Shown here: positions 51,701-64,000 of the stretch, in pieces
How the letters are laid out: the number at the start of each line of letters is the position of its first letter
How positions within the stretch are numbered: position 1 is the first letter of the stretch
Source of the DNA: Octopus sinensis
Lineage: Eukaryota
DNA: 64,000 bases
Assembly (NCBI RefSeq): GCF_006345805.1
Contig: NC_043002.1
Span: 41,664,001-41,728,000 of the forward strand
Direction: 5' to 3'
Notes under the pieces: generated by a model
The model's input: only the letters and a program-made list of their open reading frames with translations
Databases searched by the model: none
Told to the model about the DNA's origin: nothing
Position numbers and translations under genes: made by a program

Positions 51701-53452
51701 CTAGTCTGGGGATTGAAACTACGGGCTTGCGATAGTGAGTACAACACCTGAACCACTAGTTCATGTACCATCATATACACACACAATGGGCCTCCCACCC
51801 AGTTTCTGTTTGTCACATCCATTCACAATGCATTAGCCAGACTGAGGCTATAGTAGAAAACACTTGCCCAAGGTACCATGCCGTGGGACTGAACCCCAAA
51901 CCACATGTTTACAAAGCGAGCTTCTTAATCACACAGCTATATCCATCATGAAGTTATCTAAGACAGCAAACTGGCAAAATTGTTAGCACACTGGGCAAAA
52001 TGCTTAGTGGCATTTTGTCTGTCTTTATGTTCTGAGTTCAAATGCCACTACAGTTAACTTAGCCTTTCATCCTTAAGAAATCGATAAAATAGGTACCAGT
52101 TGGACATAGGGGTCGATCTAATCAATTTACCCCATTCCTTGAAATTGCTGGCCTTTGCCAAAATTTGAAACTATTACTAACGGTCCTTGCTTTTTTTGTG
52201 TTTTTCTTCTAATATATCCCCATATTTTTTAGAGAGTGTTAATGTGTTTATGAATATGTGTGGTAAGTGTATTTTTATTTGATTAAAAGATTTATAGGGT
52301 GGAGGAAGAAAAGTAATTTGTTTTCATTTAAACATTCTTTGTTGAAAATATCAGTCTGAATGTATTTTAGTTTGCGTGTTTTAGTTTCACTTGAGAATTT
52401 AGTTATAAAGTAGCAATTACAAGAACATAGATTCAACACGTGGTCTTAAAAACAGATTAATAGAGGACTTCCTTTAAAAATAAAAACCCAAACAGAACAA
52501 AACAAAAAAAGGCATTACAAACATATTCTCAAACTTACATTATGATTTTGTTTATATAGTTAAATTCTATGTAGTGTTATAGTTAAATCATCATTTAAAA
52601 ATATAGACCAAGTCTGATCATTCATCTCCTATCACTTATCTGTGATAGTCGGTTAACATTTTCACAAATTGCATTTGTGGAAACCTAATCATTTAACTAT
52701 AAAACTGCTCTAATCATTTATCTCCTTGCCACTTATCTTCGATGGCTGGTTAACATTTTCACAAATAGCAGATTTTCCTAAATACTTATTTCTTAATAGT
52801 ATTTGAGTTTTTTGGGGTTTTTTTTTTCCTTCAATTAGTATTTACATATATGATGTTGATATACAAATACATACATACATACATGCATGCAACAATTCAT
52901 ACACACTGATGTATAAATAATGATATACATGGTTTAATGCACATATTCACAATTTTTTTGTATGCTTATGTTCTAATATGCACTTGCACACTTAGCCATA
53001 TTATCCTGTATAGCATCTGCACACACACACATCTATATATATATTTTTATATATACACACACATATCAATAGCTCACTCTCTCTCTCTCTCTCTCTATAA
53101 TATATATATATGTATATATGTACATACGCTCACAATTTCTTCTTCAGCAAATTGATATTAGAAAAAGCTGTTTAAAATCTTTCTTGTTTTACTTTTTGCT
53201 TCTATTTCAAGATATAATCTAAATGAAAAATTTTATTTGTATGCTAGTTTATATCTGTCCATTCTCTGTGCATTAATAAAAAAAAAATTAAAAAATTAAA
53301 AAAATATATATATTTCAACCAAATCTCCAAATGGATATTCTTTATCATTGTAGAATTTTGACTTGTGTTTTCTCCTGGGATTGGCTTATTTAGTGTTTGC
53401 CTTATTTTCATATTGTGGAGAAAATACTGAATATGTGATGTATTTAGTTTAA

Positions 53453-53628
53453 CTCTTTAGGATTTAGACAGCTCCATCAAATGTAATGCTTATTTATTCA
53501 CATCGTTTTTTTATCAATCATGCATATCTTGTAGCTTTGAGATTTAGATATGGTAATTATTTATTTTTAGAATGACATTGTAGTGAAGGTTTGAAAGGCC
53601 AGATATGACCAGTTCAAGTGCTAAAGGG
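53453..53628 (-). mobile_element. piggyBac-type MITE, second family
   Basis: TTAA|ctctttag ... gctaaaggg|TTAA. A related copy in opposite orientation lies at 45111-45331, with fragments at ~53655-53770, ~5965-6005 and ~37400-37447. Confidence 0.65.
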
Positions 53629-54217
53629 TTAAAGCAGTCACATACTTTTTAAATATTCTACCTGCTTTATATTTAGACTCACCAGATCTGGCTTTTCATA
53701 CCTACCCTGCAATGTCATTCTAAAAATAAGCAATCACATCATTGAAATCTCAAAAGTTATGAGATAATAATAATAATCATCATCATCATCCTTTAACGCC
53801 CGTTTTTCATGCTGGTATGGGTTGGATGGTTTGACCAGAGCTGGAAAGTTGGGGGGTTGTACCAAGGCTCCAGTTTGGTTCAGGTAGGTTTGTATGGCTG
53901 GACACCCTTCTTAACACCAACCATTTACAGTGTGTGTTGGGTGCTTTTAATGTGCCACCAGCATGAATGCTCTTATGTGTCACCAGTACAAGTGCCCATT
54001 ATGTGACATGAGTGCTTTTTATGTGGTACCAGCACAGGACTCTTCACCAGGGGATACTGCCTTAAAGCTTCTGCTGTTGTGGACAGGTCATGCATGATTA
54101 GTTCAAAATAATGGGAATAAATAAGCTTTGCATTAAATTTATTTTTGTTGAGGACTAAGAATGAGTGAAGAATCTGTAGTATTCTTCTGCTATATTTTAC
54201 ACATGCAATGCTCTAAC

Positions 54218-54430
54218 GAGGGCTGTGGAGTCGAACCAAAAAAAGTTTGACTCTGACTCATTATGTAATTAAGTTATTGTGGTCTACATATCCCTTAACA
54301 CATATGCATACGTTTATACTTTGAGTAGGCCTCTATGTTATTACTGGTTTATATTAAAGAATAAAGACATTGCGAGTCAGAATCAGAGTCAGTATAGTTT
54401 TACTGAGATGACTCCGACTCTACAGCTGTG
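54218..54430. mobile_element. hAT MITE (~213 bp) with 8-bp TSD
   Basis: Imperfect TIRs gagggctgtggagtcga / tccgactctacagctgtg; exact 8-bp TSD GCTCTAAC at 54210-54217 and 54431-54438. Confidence 0.8.
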
Positions 54431-55929
54431 GCTCTAACTATAGAATGAAATTGAAGAAATAATTTTATCATACAATATAATATTTACATTTTTTTATAAG
54501 ACAAAATAGTTGCAGGCATAGTTATGTGGTTGAGAACTCAATCACGTGGTTTCATGTTCGGTCCTACTGCATGGCACCTTGGGCAGGTATTTTCAACTAT
54601 AGCTCTACACTAACCAAAGCAATTGTGAGTTGATGTGGTAGATGTAAACTAAAAGAAGCCTACTGTATGTATGTATAAGAGCATTTATGCATGTATGTGA
54701 ATATATCTGTGTGCGTGTCTCCTCTTGACATGATCTAACAGTTGTAGCTGAGCATCACTGTCATACAAAAGGTGTGGTTTATTTACAATCTTTCATGGAA
54801 ATATGTCTGGCCAAGGGGAAACATTACCTTACTTCTGAATGCTTGAAAGTTGACAACAAGAAGGGCATCCAGCTCTAGAAAATCTCAGGGAATTCCATCC
54901 AACATATGAAAGCATGGAAATGTGGATGTTATGATGATGATGATGATGATGAATTTGGCTGTTAAGCTATGAAGAAATGATGCATCATTATTTATTTGAG
55001 ACGGTACCTTTATTACTTAACTGTTGGGACTTTACATGTTCCCAGTTTTGAATTCTTCATTTTATTGAGCAAACAGTGCACACAGAGCTGTGTAGTGAAA
55101 GAACTTGCTTAAAGTCATGTGATCTTGTGTTCAGTCCCATGGCAGGGCAGTTTGGGCGAGAGTCTTCTACTACAGCTTTAGGCTGACCAAAGTCATGTGA
55201 GTGTACTTGGTAGATTGAAAGTGAAAGAAGCCTGTTGTGCACGTGTGCATGTGCACACACATACATAAGTATGTCTTTGTCCCCCACCACTCTTTGACAA
55301 ATTGTATTGGTTTGTCTATGTCCCCGTAACATAGCTGTTTGGCAAAAGAGACTAAAAGAATAAGTACTGGTCTTAAAAAGTAAGAATTGGGGTCAATTTG
55401 TTCAACTAAACCCTATAGGGCAGTGCTCCAGCATGGTCACAGCCCAATGACTGAAACAAGTAAAATACTGAAGATAAATATTAAAGAAATCTGTAGAATT
55501 TCCAGGATGATGAACTAGCAGAATCATTAGCATGCTGGTGAAAATGCTTAACAGCTTCACATCCATCTTTCGCAGTTGATAAAACAAGTAGCAGTTGGAC
55601 ATTGGGGTCAGTGTAACTGACTTACCCTCTCTCTTGAAATTACTCCTTGTGCCAAAATTTAAAACCAATATGGGTCATTATTTCGTAACTATATGTAGAT
55701 ATCATAGTGAAACTAAGGAATTCCAGGAAACTAGTTAAAGCTAATCTATGCTAGGTAAAATTTCACTTGGTTAAAAATTATTTTCGGCACACTACATAGA
55801 ATACAGGGGTTCCCTACATTGCATAAATGATTATTATAGAATTCTGCACAGAAGTATGTCCACTCATTCTGAGATAGTGCCCATAATCCTGTCCTTACAG
55901 AAACTTAGATAAATTTTGAGCCATCTTAA

Positions 55930-56149
55930 CCCTTTTGTTACCAACCTGGCTGAAACCAGCTCTGGCTCTAAGTACAAATGTCTTGTTTTCATAAGTTTTG
56001 AATTAAAATTTTCCACCAAACCTTAGTCACAATTTATGTTTCTAACACTAGTTGAATGATAACTAAGTTATTTTACTAAATTTTTTGTTATATTTAAAAT
56101 AATTGAAAGAAATACAGAGCATCTCAAAATAAATACACTAACGAAAAGG
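55930..56149. mobile_element. piggyBac-type MITE (TTAA TSD)
   Basis: TTAA|cccttttgttacc ... taacgaaaagg|TTAA. Confidence 0.7.
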
Positions 56150-56780
56150 TTAAACTCTAAAATTATGATGTTTTAATCAAAGAATATCTTTTTGCCTTTT
56201 GAAAATAACATATTGTAGGTGAATGTCTTGTCCATCATTTTTGGTTGTTGATGTAAGGTTATTTTGGCCATCATCACCACCACCACTGCATTTCTAGTTT
56301 ATCACCAGAGTTGTGTAGATTTAGATTTCTTGTCTATTGCTGCTATCGCTGGATTTAATTCCCACAAACACGCACTACAGATGGAGAGTGGTGCATTAGC
56401 CTTATTGAAGATAACCAGAAAGAGGCCATCAAGTGAAAGTAAAAGCAATAGTGTGAAAGGCACTCATAAAAGCAGTACATTAAATGTTAAAACTTGATGC
56501 TTTACAAAGGTTTGATGTGGAAGAAGGACTCTTTTGCCATACTGCAAAAACATTAATGCTTGCAACATGTGCTGTGGGAGCTATGTGACAATTTCGTTAA
56601 GTTCTCAGGCTGCCACTCCATTAACTGCTCTGATATTGCTTTTTCATAGATCTCATGTGATGTGATGCTTAGTATGCAGCAGAACCTTAGTGCGTGGATT
56701 GACAATCAAACTGGACCTAATGGGCCAAACACGATGGTCATTGAAATGATAGCTAAATGTTTATCTGTCTTTATTCCCTA

Positions 56781-57320
56781 ATATATTTTTTTTTCACTGT
56801 ATGTGTTTGAAAAATGGTTATTCCCATGCATAAAGGTGGTTCTTTGTTGTTTTTGCCCCCCCCCCCTCAAAAAATTCTGCCCGAATGTATCTCAATTTAT
56901 TATTTGGAAGTAAATAAAAAAATAAATTTTTGCATTATGGTATTTCATGTTTAGAAAAGCTTGAGGAACCCCAAGCCTTGTAACACAAAAGGGTTACAAA
57001 AATGTGGGCTAATATACTGTTATATGTTGGCCCACTCTTTATTATAAATATATATTTTTTTCACTGTATTTGTTTGAAAAATGGTTATTTCCATGCATAA
57101 AGGTGGTTCCTTGTCGTTTTTGTTTCCCTCACCTCAAAAAATTCTGCTCGAATGTGTCTCAATTTATTATTTGGAAGTAAATAGAAAAATGAATTTTTGC
57201 ATTATGGAAATTCATGTTTAGAAAAGCTTGAGGAACCCCAAGCCTTCTGTAACACAAAAGGGTTACAAAAATGTGGGCTAATATATTGCTGGCTGTTAGC
57301 CCACTCTTTATTATAAATAT
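56781..57320. repeat. Tandem duplication, unit ~267 bp, moderately diverged
   Basis: cactgtat...gaaaaatggttat at 56795 and 57062; both units end cccactctttattataaata. Confidence 0.9.
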
Positions 57321-58864
57321 GTCTGTTTTGTGTACTTAGAATTTGTAAATACAGGGCACCGCTTGTTTCTTGTTTCATTTAAATTTTGACATTAGCCAAG
57401 TACTCTTCTTCTTCTGCTACATCATCATTTTGATTATGAGTTCATAATGATCTTACCCATGTTTGTAACCCTTTCATGAACATATTGTCAGTCAAATATT
57501 CAGCCTATGTGTTGTAATTAAATTTGAAGTAATCAAGAATTTGGAAGAAATTTAATAAAATAAATCGAGTTTTTTCTCATTATTACTCATGTATTTTAAA
57601 ATATTACTGAACAAAAGGCTCTTAGATTAAATTATGATGGAAAGCTTTAAATTTAAATATTAATTCTTTAAAAAAAAAATAAATAAATAAACAAGAAGTT
57701 TTCTATCATAGAACCAATGGTAGTCGCAGGCAAGTTGGTATCAAAAAGGATTCTGAAATTAGAAACCATATTAATCTTAACAGTATGATTCAACAGATTG
57801 TATAATTTATTTTGATTACAAAAGATGATAATGGTGATGATGATGATGGTGGTGATGGTGATAATTGCCTGCCAATAAGCAACATTAATTTGGCATTAGA
57901 GGTATTTAAAATCTAATACTACTACTTGGCAATTTCTAAGTGTTGCCAAAGTTAGCTGTGAATAATCGTTTATTTTAGGAACTGCGAGTAATATGTGTAC
58001 ATTGCATTTTTAAAAGACAATCCATCATATCCTCAAATGTTTACACATAAAAATGGTAAATTTACAGGATGATTGTTGCTAAATCTAAAATTGTCCTGAA
58101 CATTGCTGGCAACAAGAAACCGTCTGTTTTTTTTTTCCATTTTTTCCCCTTCTTGTCTTTTCACTTTATGCATACACACACTCACAAAATATGTATATAC
58201 TTGCACACATACATGCACACACACTCACACAGAAGCTATTATTAATGTTATTATGAAGATCTTCATACATTCTGACAGCCTATAGGTTTCAGAATTTTCT
58301 GGATGGGGAAATAATTGTCCAAAATAATAATAATAACGGTGATAATAATAGTAATAAAAATAAATTGAAATAACACAAAATAAAATTGAAGTATGAATAA
58401 TTTAAACCTAAAATTAATTGGAAGCGATGTTGACAGTTATCTTTTGATTGTTCCTCAATGGAGTCGTGTGTAACATAAACTGTATAAAATACTATATAGC
58501 AGAAAGGGTTGGATTTTAAACACCCACTCTCTCTTTCTCTTATAGAATAGCTGTATGTGCAGTCTAAAAATATCATTTATATATCAGTATCAAGTTATTG
58601 TAAACCTTTTCAAGACCACAGGGCTGTGTAGTTAAGAAGTTTACTTTGTAATTGCATGGCATCTTGGGCAAGTGTCTTCTACTATGATGTTTAGGTTGAC
58701 CATTTTTTTTTCTTTTCTTTTTGCTGTATCTGGAGGAAAGGGATAAGACCATGGTTTTCATAGGTTCTCCTTGATCAACGAAATTTATGCTAAAGAAGGA
58801 GAGACGAGTGGGTCAGGAATGCCTAAGTAGCAATAATAAAAAAAAAACAAAAAACAAAAAGAAG

Positions 58865-59109
58865 TTACTTTCTCGAATCCTGCTGACTCCTAAGAGCCGA
58901 TTTCCTGGTTTTCATGGTGTATAAATTCCCCACCTGGATGGGACGCCAATCCTTTGTGGGATTATTCATTTTTTGCCAGCTGAGGGAACTGGAGCGATAT
59001 GAAATGAAGTGTTTTGCTCAAGAACACAATGCATTGCCCAGTCTAAGAATCAAAACCACAATCTTGACGATCACGAGTCCATTGCCCTAACCACTAAGCC
59101 ATGTGCCTC
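58865..59109 (-). mobile_element. tRNA-head SINE family 'D'
   Basis: Minus strand ggaggcacatggcttagtggttaggg...gattgtggttttgattc...gtgttcttgagcaaaacacttcattt. Related copies at ~860-1140(+), 9772-10030(+), 51620-51760(-). Confidence 0.7.
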
Positions 59110-59159
59110 CTGAGTAGAAATAGTATGAGTTCAATCTCTGAGAAGCAAAGACCATTTAT

Positions 59160-59950
59160 TACAGTAGCAGTAGAAAAATATAGAGGGAGAAACAATGTGC
59201 TTGTGGCTAGAGGCTGGAGCATATTGTTGAGTGATTTTACGTCAATCAGTCAGGTGACTCTTTTCCGGATATAATGTGGAATGTCTGTTTGCAGCATGAT
59301 ACTCCAAATGTGGAGTAATACTTCATTTTAGACCTCCCATGGGCTTTGTAGAGAGCCAATAATAGTTGGGGTGGGGTATTGAATTGAATTCTGATCCTAA
59401 AGCAAAGGGCCAGTTAGTTGTTGGGATACAGTTCTATGTTAAGGATGTACTTTAACCAAGAGAGATTCTCAGTTATGATGAAGCCAAATATTTGGAGCAG
59501 TTGTAAGGGCAGTGAGGGCTCTAGTTGTATGTTACTCGTGATGAAGGAATGTGTGGTGAAGCTTTCTTGATGTATAACAATTATGTTTGCTTGCTGTTTT
59601 AAAAGCAACATGATTAGTATTTCCCCCTTGGAAGACGTTTACGAGGTCTCATCTGTTCATGGAGTCAGTGTGGGTTTGGTATATGGTGTCTACTCTACAA
59701 GTTTCTACAACTGAGACTTTTATTGTCTAGCTACTGCATTTATTACTGTTGTTGACCACAGTGCTTATGTGGTACTGCTAGATGCAAATAAGGATGCAAC
59801 ACAGATGGATGAATCGTGTGATCTATTTGAAAAGTTGTGATATACGGTCTGTCTGTTCTATCAAATGGATTGTATCTGTGCGATGTAGACACAAAAAGCT
59901 TTTTAGATAACACCAACAGAAACAATTAACTGAGGTGTTATCTTCTTGAA
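59160..59950 (-). mobile_element. Decayed CR1-group LINE fragment
   Basis: The minus strand reads LYKAHGRSKMKYYSTFG and later VSPSIFFYCY, degenerate versions of LYKAQVRPxMEYCSHIWG and VASLSLFYRYY; multiple stops. Confidence 0.5.
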
Positions 59951-60552
59951 CGTGAGTTTATTTTCATGTAAAGTAACAATCTGCACTCCATTTTTTGCTG
60001 ATGAAAATTCCATACATTTAGATAATATTGACATAGGCACAGACATGGCTGTGTGGTAAGAAGCTTGCTTCTCAACCACATGGTTGTGGGTTCAGTCCCA
60101 CTGCACGGCACCTTGGGCAAGTGCCTTCTACTATAGCTTCAGGCTGACCAAAGCCTTGTAAGTGGATTTGGTAGATGGAAACTGAAAGAAGCCTGTTGTG
60201 TATATGTATATATTTATGTGTGTGTCTGTGTTTTTCTTCCTACCATTGCTTGACAACTAATGCTGGTGTATTTATGTCCCCATAACTTAGCAGTTCAGCA
60301 AAACAGACTGATAGAATAAGTACTAGGCTAACAAAAAGAAAAATTCCCAGGGTCAATTTCTTCGACTAAAACCCTTTTTTGTAGGTGGTGCACCAGCATG
60401 GCTGCAGTTAAATGACTGAAATAAGCTAAAGATAAAAAAATAAATAAGCATTACACTTCGTTTATACACATTAACTTGTGTAGGTTGAACTATGTAAAAT
60501 GTTAGAGAAAGAAACTTAGCTGTTTCTTGCAATACATACAATAGAATTTTTT

Positions 60553-60970
60553 CAGGGGCCGTTGGACCCCCAATTTACTATTTTGCTGCGTGAACCCCCC
60601 AAAATTTTGTATTGGCCCCCGGGGGCCATATGAACCCGGTACTTCTTGAGAACAGTGCTCCCGGTGCGCGCACTCGCGTATCCGCGCTAGCTAGTCATGA
60701 CTAGTCGATCCTTACTTTGTGGTTTTGTGTGTTATTTACTTTGTTTAAAAAATTATTCACTTTGTGTTTTTGCGTTTTATTTACTTTGTTTAACAAAAAT
60801 TATTTACTTTGTGTAAAATTTTTTATTTATTTTGTGTTTTATTTACTTTGCTAGGTAGTCGTAGGATCGACTAGTCACACCTAGCTAGCGCGGATGCGTG
60901 ACTATGCGAGTGCGCGCACCGGGACCACTGTTCTCAAGTAGTACCTATGAACCCCGGTTGAGAACCACTG
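60553..60970 (-). mobile_element. hAT-like MITE remnant hosting the MULE insertion
   Basis: The right end reads cagtggttctcaaccgggg on the minus strand, a typical hAT/Charlie-type terminus; the left boundary is uncertain. Confidence 0.5.
60638..60945. mobile_element. Mutator-like (MULE) MITE, 308 bp, with 9-bp TSD
   Basis: GG...CC termini; ~75-bp TIRs (ggtacttcttgagaacagtgctcccggtgcgcgcactcgc... / ...gcgagtgcgcgcaccgggaccactgttctcaagtagtacc); exact 9-bp TSD TATGAACCC at 60629-60637 and 60946-60954; interior made of ttatttactttg repeats. Confidence 0.85.
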
Positions 60971-62299
60971 GTTTTCAGCGAAGAAATCGACCCCTGTACT
61001 TATTCTATCAGTCTTTTTTTGTCTTATCGCTTAAGTTACAGGAACGTAAACGAACCACTACTTAATTGTTAAGCAGTGGACACACATACACGACATGCTT
61101 CTTTCAGTTTTCGTCCACTAAATCCTCTCACAAGGCTTTGGCCAGCTCGAGGCTGTAGAAGAAGACACTAGCCAAAGTGTCGCTCGATGGACTGAACCCA
61201 AGACCACACAGTTTGGAAGTAAAGTTTACTAACAACAAAACCGCGCACACCCGTCCTCCCACAAAAAGCCATTGCGATCGTGGTAGGATTACTTTTGACC
61301 ATTGCTCTACTCAACCAGAGTTATACAATGAAGAACGGCAGCAGCAAATCCAAGTTCCTTTATCTTTGTGAAATAAAAATTGATTGGATGTGTATGCAAA
61401 CAAGTGTTTGTGTGCAGACACTTGTGTATGTGTGTTTGTGAATGAGTTTAAACTTTATTTTATTGAAGTTAAAAATATAAAATCCGCACTTTTCTCTCTC
61501 CCCCCTCTTGTGCCTCGTTTTTCCTCATCCTCTTCTTCCTTTATCCTAGTTTTGATGAGCAAACGATAGAAAATAAGTCAGTGTTTGCGTAATATGTCAC
61601 TTTGAAAAGAAAAATAAAATGAAAAAAAGAAATAAATAATACTGTTGAATAAATATAAATAAAAAAACAGAAATGTCGATAAATGAAGAGAGAATTTCAA
61701 ACATGTAGGAAAGAGAGAGAAAAAACATCCCTCGAAATATAAAAAAAAAACATTAAAAAACTCTACTGTAAAATTAAGCACACATGCACATAGACATATA
61801 TAGAGAGATGTTTATGAATAGACAGTCTCACATATTTACACGCTTACGTACACATATATAGTCTCACAGTCACACACCGCACACACTTACATACATGCAT
61901 TCACATACTCATACTCACTCATTCACACACACACACACACACGCACCTTGTTTCGACCCCCCCCCCCCCCTGCTTAAAAGACAAATATTGGCATCCAGTT
62001 GTGGTCTGAAGTCTTTTTGGGAGGTTTTGCTCTGTTTTATTTCGTTTTGTCATATTTCTTTTTTTTTTTTTTTTCAAGAGAAAGACAGAATGAAGCCAGC
62101 CAATGTCCATTGTTGACAATAGTTCTTTTCCCAAATCAACTATTTACGGTGAAACAAAATAAAGCTAGCATTTAACAAACAAACCTTCAGTTCGTTATAA
62201 AAACGTTTGTCAATTAATTTCGTCAGCAGAGTTCGGTTCAGAGTTCTTGATTGACTTGCCACCGTTTTACACAATGCAAGAAAAAACTCGAAACTTCAT

Positions 62300-63690
62300 T
62301 CTTTTCACGTATTCCTCTCTATCATCTCTTCCTCACTCTCTCTCTCGGTCACCTGTCTCTCTCCCTTCCTTTATCTTCTCTCTTTCTATCACCCCTTTCC
62401 CTTGCTCTATCATCCTTCTTCCGTTCCCTCTATTATCTCTTACCCTTTCTCTATCATCTCTCTTTCTTCCCTCTTACTCTTTCCACTTCTAACCCGCCCC
62501 CTCTTTCCCCCTCCCTCTTACTCTTTCCACTTCTAGCCCACCCCCTCTTTCCCTCTCCCTCTGACTCTCCTTCATCTCTCTCCTTCTCTACCTCCTCTCT
62601 TTCTCATTCTGCCATTTTTTCTTTTTATCTCACATACCTTTACGATTATACCTGTTTCTCTTTATTCCTCCTCCTCTCAAGTCTTCACTATATCTTTTAT
62701 ATTCTTCCTTAGTCTCTTTCCGCTTACTAACTTTCCTATATTATATCTCTCTCTCTGCTTCTCTCTCAAATTCACTTCTTGAATATTTACATATTAATTT
62801 CTAGTAGCTCTTAATAATACTCTCTCTCTCTCTTCCTTACATTTTTATATTTTCTCTTTCTCACACACACGGCCTCATCTCTCTACTTCTCTTTCACTTT
62901 CTTGTGTATCCCTATTTCTTATTTCTCTTCTACACATTCTCCTCCTCTCATTAACCCTCCTATTTTATTTCTCTCTTTCTCTCGTATTTAGCTCTTATTC
63001 CTTAATTCTACTGACACCCTTTTTATTCTCCCCAATTTTTTTTTTTTTACCTTTATTCCTTATACTTTTAAACATCATCCTTTATCACTTACAGGATCTC
63101 TTATTTCTTCCTCTCTCTCTCTCAAGACTCTCTTATCTCTTCTAACTTTTACATATTCCTCTTTCTTTTACTAGCTCTTATTTCTTTCACTTTCTCTCCA
63201 CATTCCACTCACTTTCTTATTTTGTCTTTCTCAACTAAGTTTCCCCTTTATGATGTCCCCACTCTTGTATACCCCTATGGCTAATAAAAGAAATCATCAT
63301 CATCATAGTTTTCTGGGTTTTTTTTAACTCTTTCACTGTTTTTTCTCCTCTTTCTAATGGTCCCTCTGTTTCTTTCATTCTGTCTTACATAACTTCCTTT
63401 CTCTTTCTCCAATTTCCTGCTTTGTTCTCTTTCTTCTCCGTCCTTTTCTTTTTTTGTTCCCATGCTCTCTACGTCTCTCTCCATTCTCTGCCTACTTTTA
63501 CTCTTTACTTTCTCTCTTTCACCACTCTCTCTCTCTCTCTTGTCTTTTTACACTTCTTTCTTCTCTTTATTTTTCTTCTCTTGCTTTTCATCTCATTTCC
63601 GTTACTGTTGATTTCCTTGTTTCTATCAACGATAGGCCTCTATGTCTTTCTTCCTTACTCTGTCGCTTCTTTTCTATCGAGAAAGAGAGA
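62300..63690. repeat. ~1.4-kb polypyrimidine (+) / polypurine (-) low-complexity tract
   Basis: Mostly C/T on the + strand; the ORFs here are composition artefacts (S/L/F/P-rich). Confidence 0.85.
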
Positions 63691-64000
63691 TAGATACTCG
63701 TTTGATGATTCAAGCAGGAAAAAAGAACTCAAAACATGAATATATATGTATTTTTTCATTAATAACTGGCAGAAGTTGCTGAGTGTCTCAAAGGCCGAGA
63801 GTTTCATGTGTTGGCACTTACCAAACTGGTTTCAAATCAAGGCAGCATACCAGCAATATTCCAGTGATAATGGAATTTCCCAGGATTGTTTTGGAGTAAA
63901 TAAATGAATAAATAAGGATTCTTTATTTATTATTTATTTATTTATTTATTTATTGAATGAAGTAAACCTTTTGGAAAATAGGCATTATCATGTGACGTAA

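Noticed and set aside
60710-60860. Short regularly repeated units, superficially CRISPR-like
   Set aside because: Degenerate tandem repeats inside a MITE, with no unique spacers or cas genes, in eukaryotic DNA.
62247-63739. Several 79-153-aa ORFs rich in S/L/F/P
   Set aside because: Artefacts of the polypyrimidine tract.
41700-64000. Further LRP4 exons (LA repeats 2 onward, EGF, YWTD)
   Set aside because: I found no further Cys-patterned exon by eye; the next exon is presumably beyond the window, though a short one could have been missed.

Overview
This is AT-rich, microsatellite- and SINE-dense animal genomic DNA. Its repeat architecture looks like a coleoid cephalopod, probably Octopus (inference; the species cannot be fixed from the sequence). 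Only one protein-coding exon is well supported: a 135-nt phase-1/phase-1 exon at 41501-41635 (+) encoding an 8-cysteine LDL-receptor class A repeat (C-x-C...C-T-C-I-P). This matches the unusual first LA repeat of LRP4 as I recall it, so most of 19-64 kb is probably intronic sequence of an LRP4 orthologue; the signal-peptide exon was not identified with confidence. The rest is repeats: several tRNA-type and RTE-tail SINE-like families, decayed CR1-like and RTE LINE pieces, a decayed hAT transposase, an internally deleted mariner, a complete non-autonomous Helitron, MITEs (mariner, hAT, piggyBac, Mutator-like), a near-identical 1.9-kb tandem duplication and smaller tandem and fold-back structures. 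The most unusual signal is a minimal type I hammerhead ribozyme motif with an intact catalytic core at about 13601-13664, inserted in the microsatellite of a SINE; two broken hammerhead-like relics lie elsewhere. CpG-retaining and CpG-depleted blocks suggest promoter and gene-body methylation domains. Almost all ORFs in the supplied track are microsatellite or repeat artefacts. Coordinates were counted by hand; repeat boundaries are approximate unless termini or TSDs are quoted.
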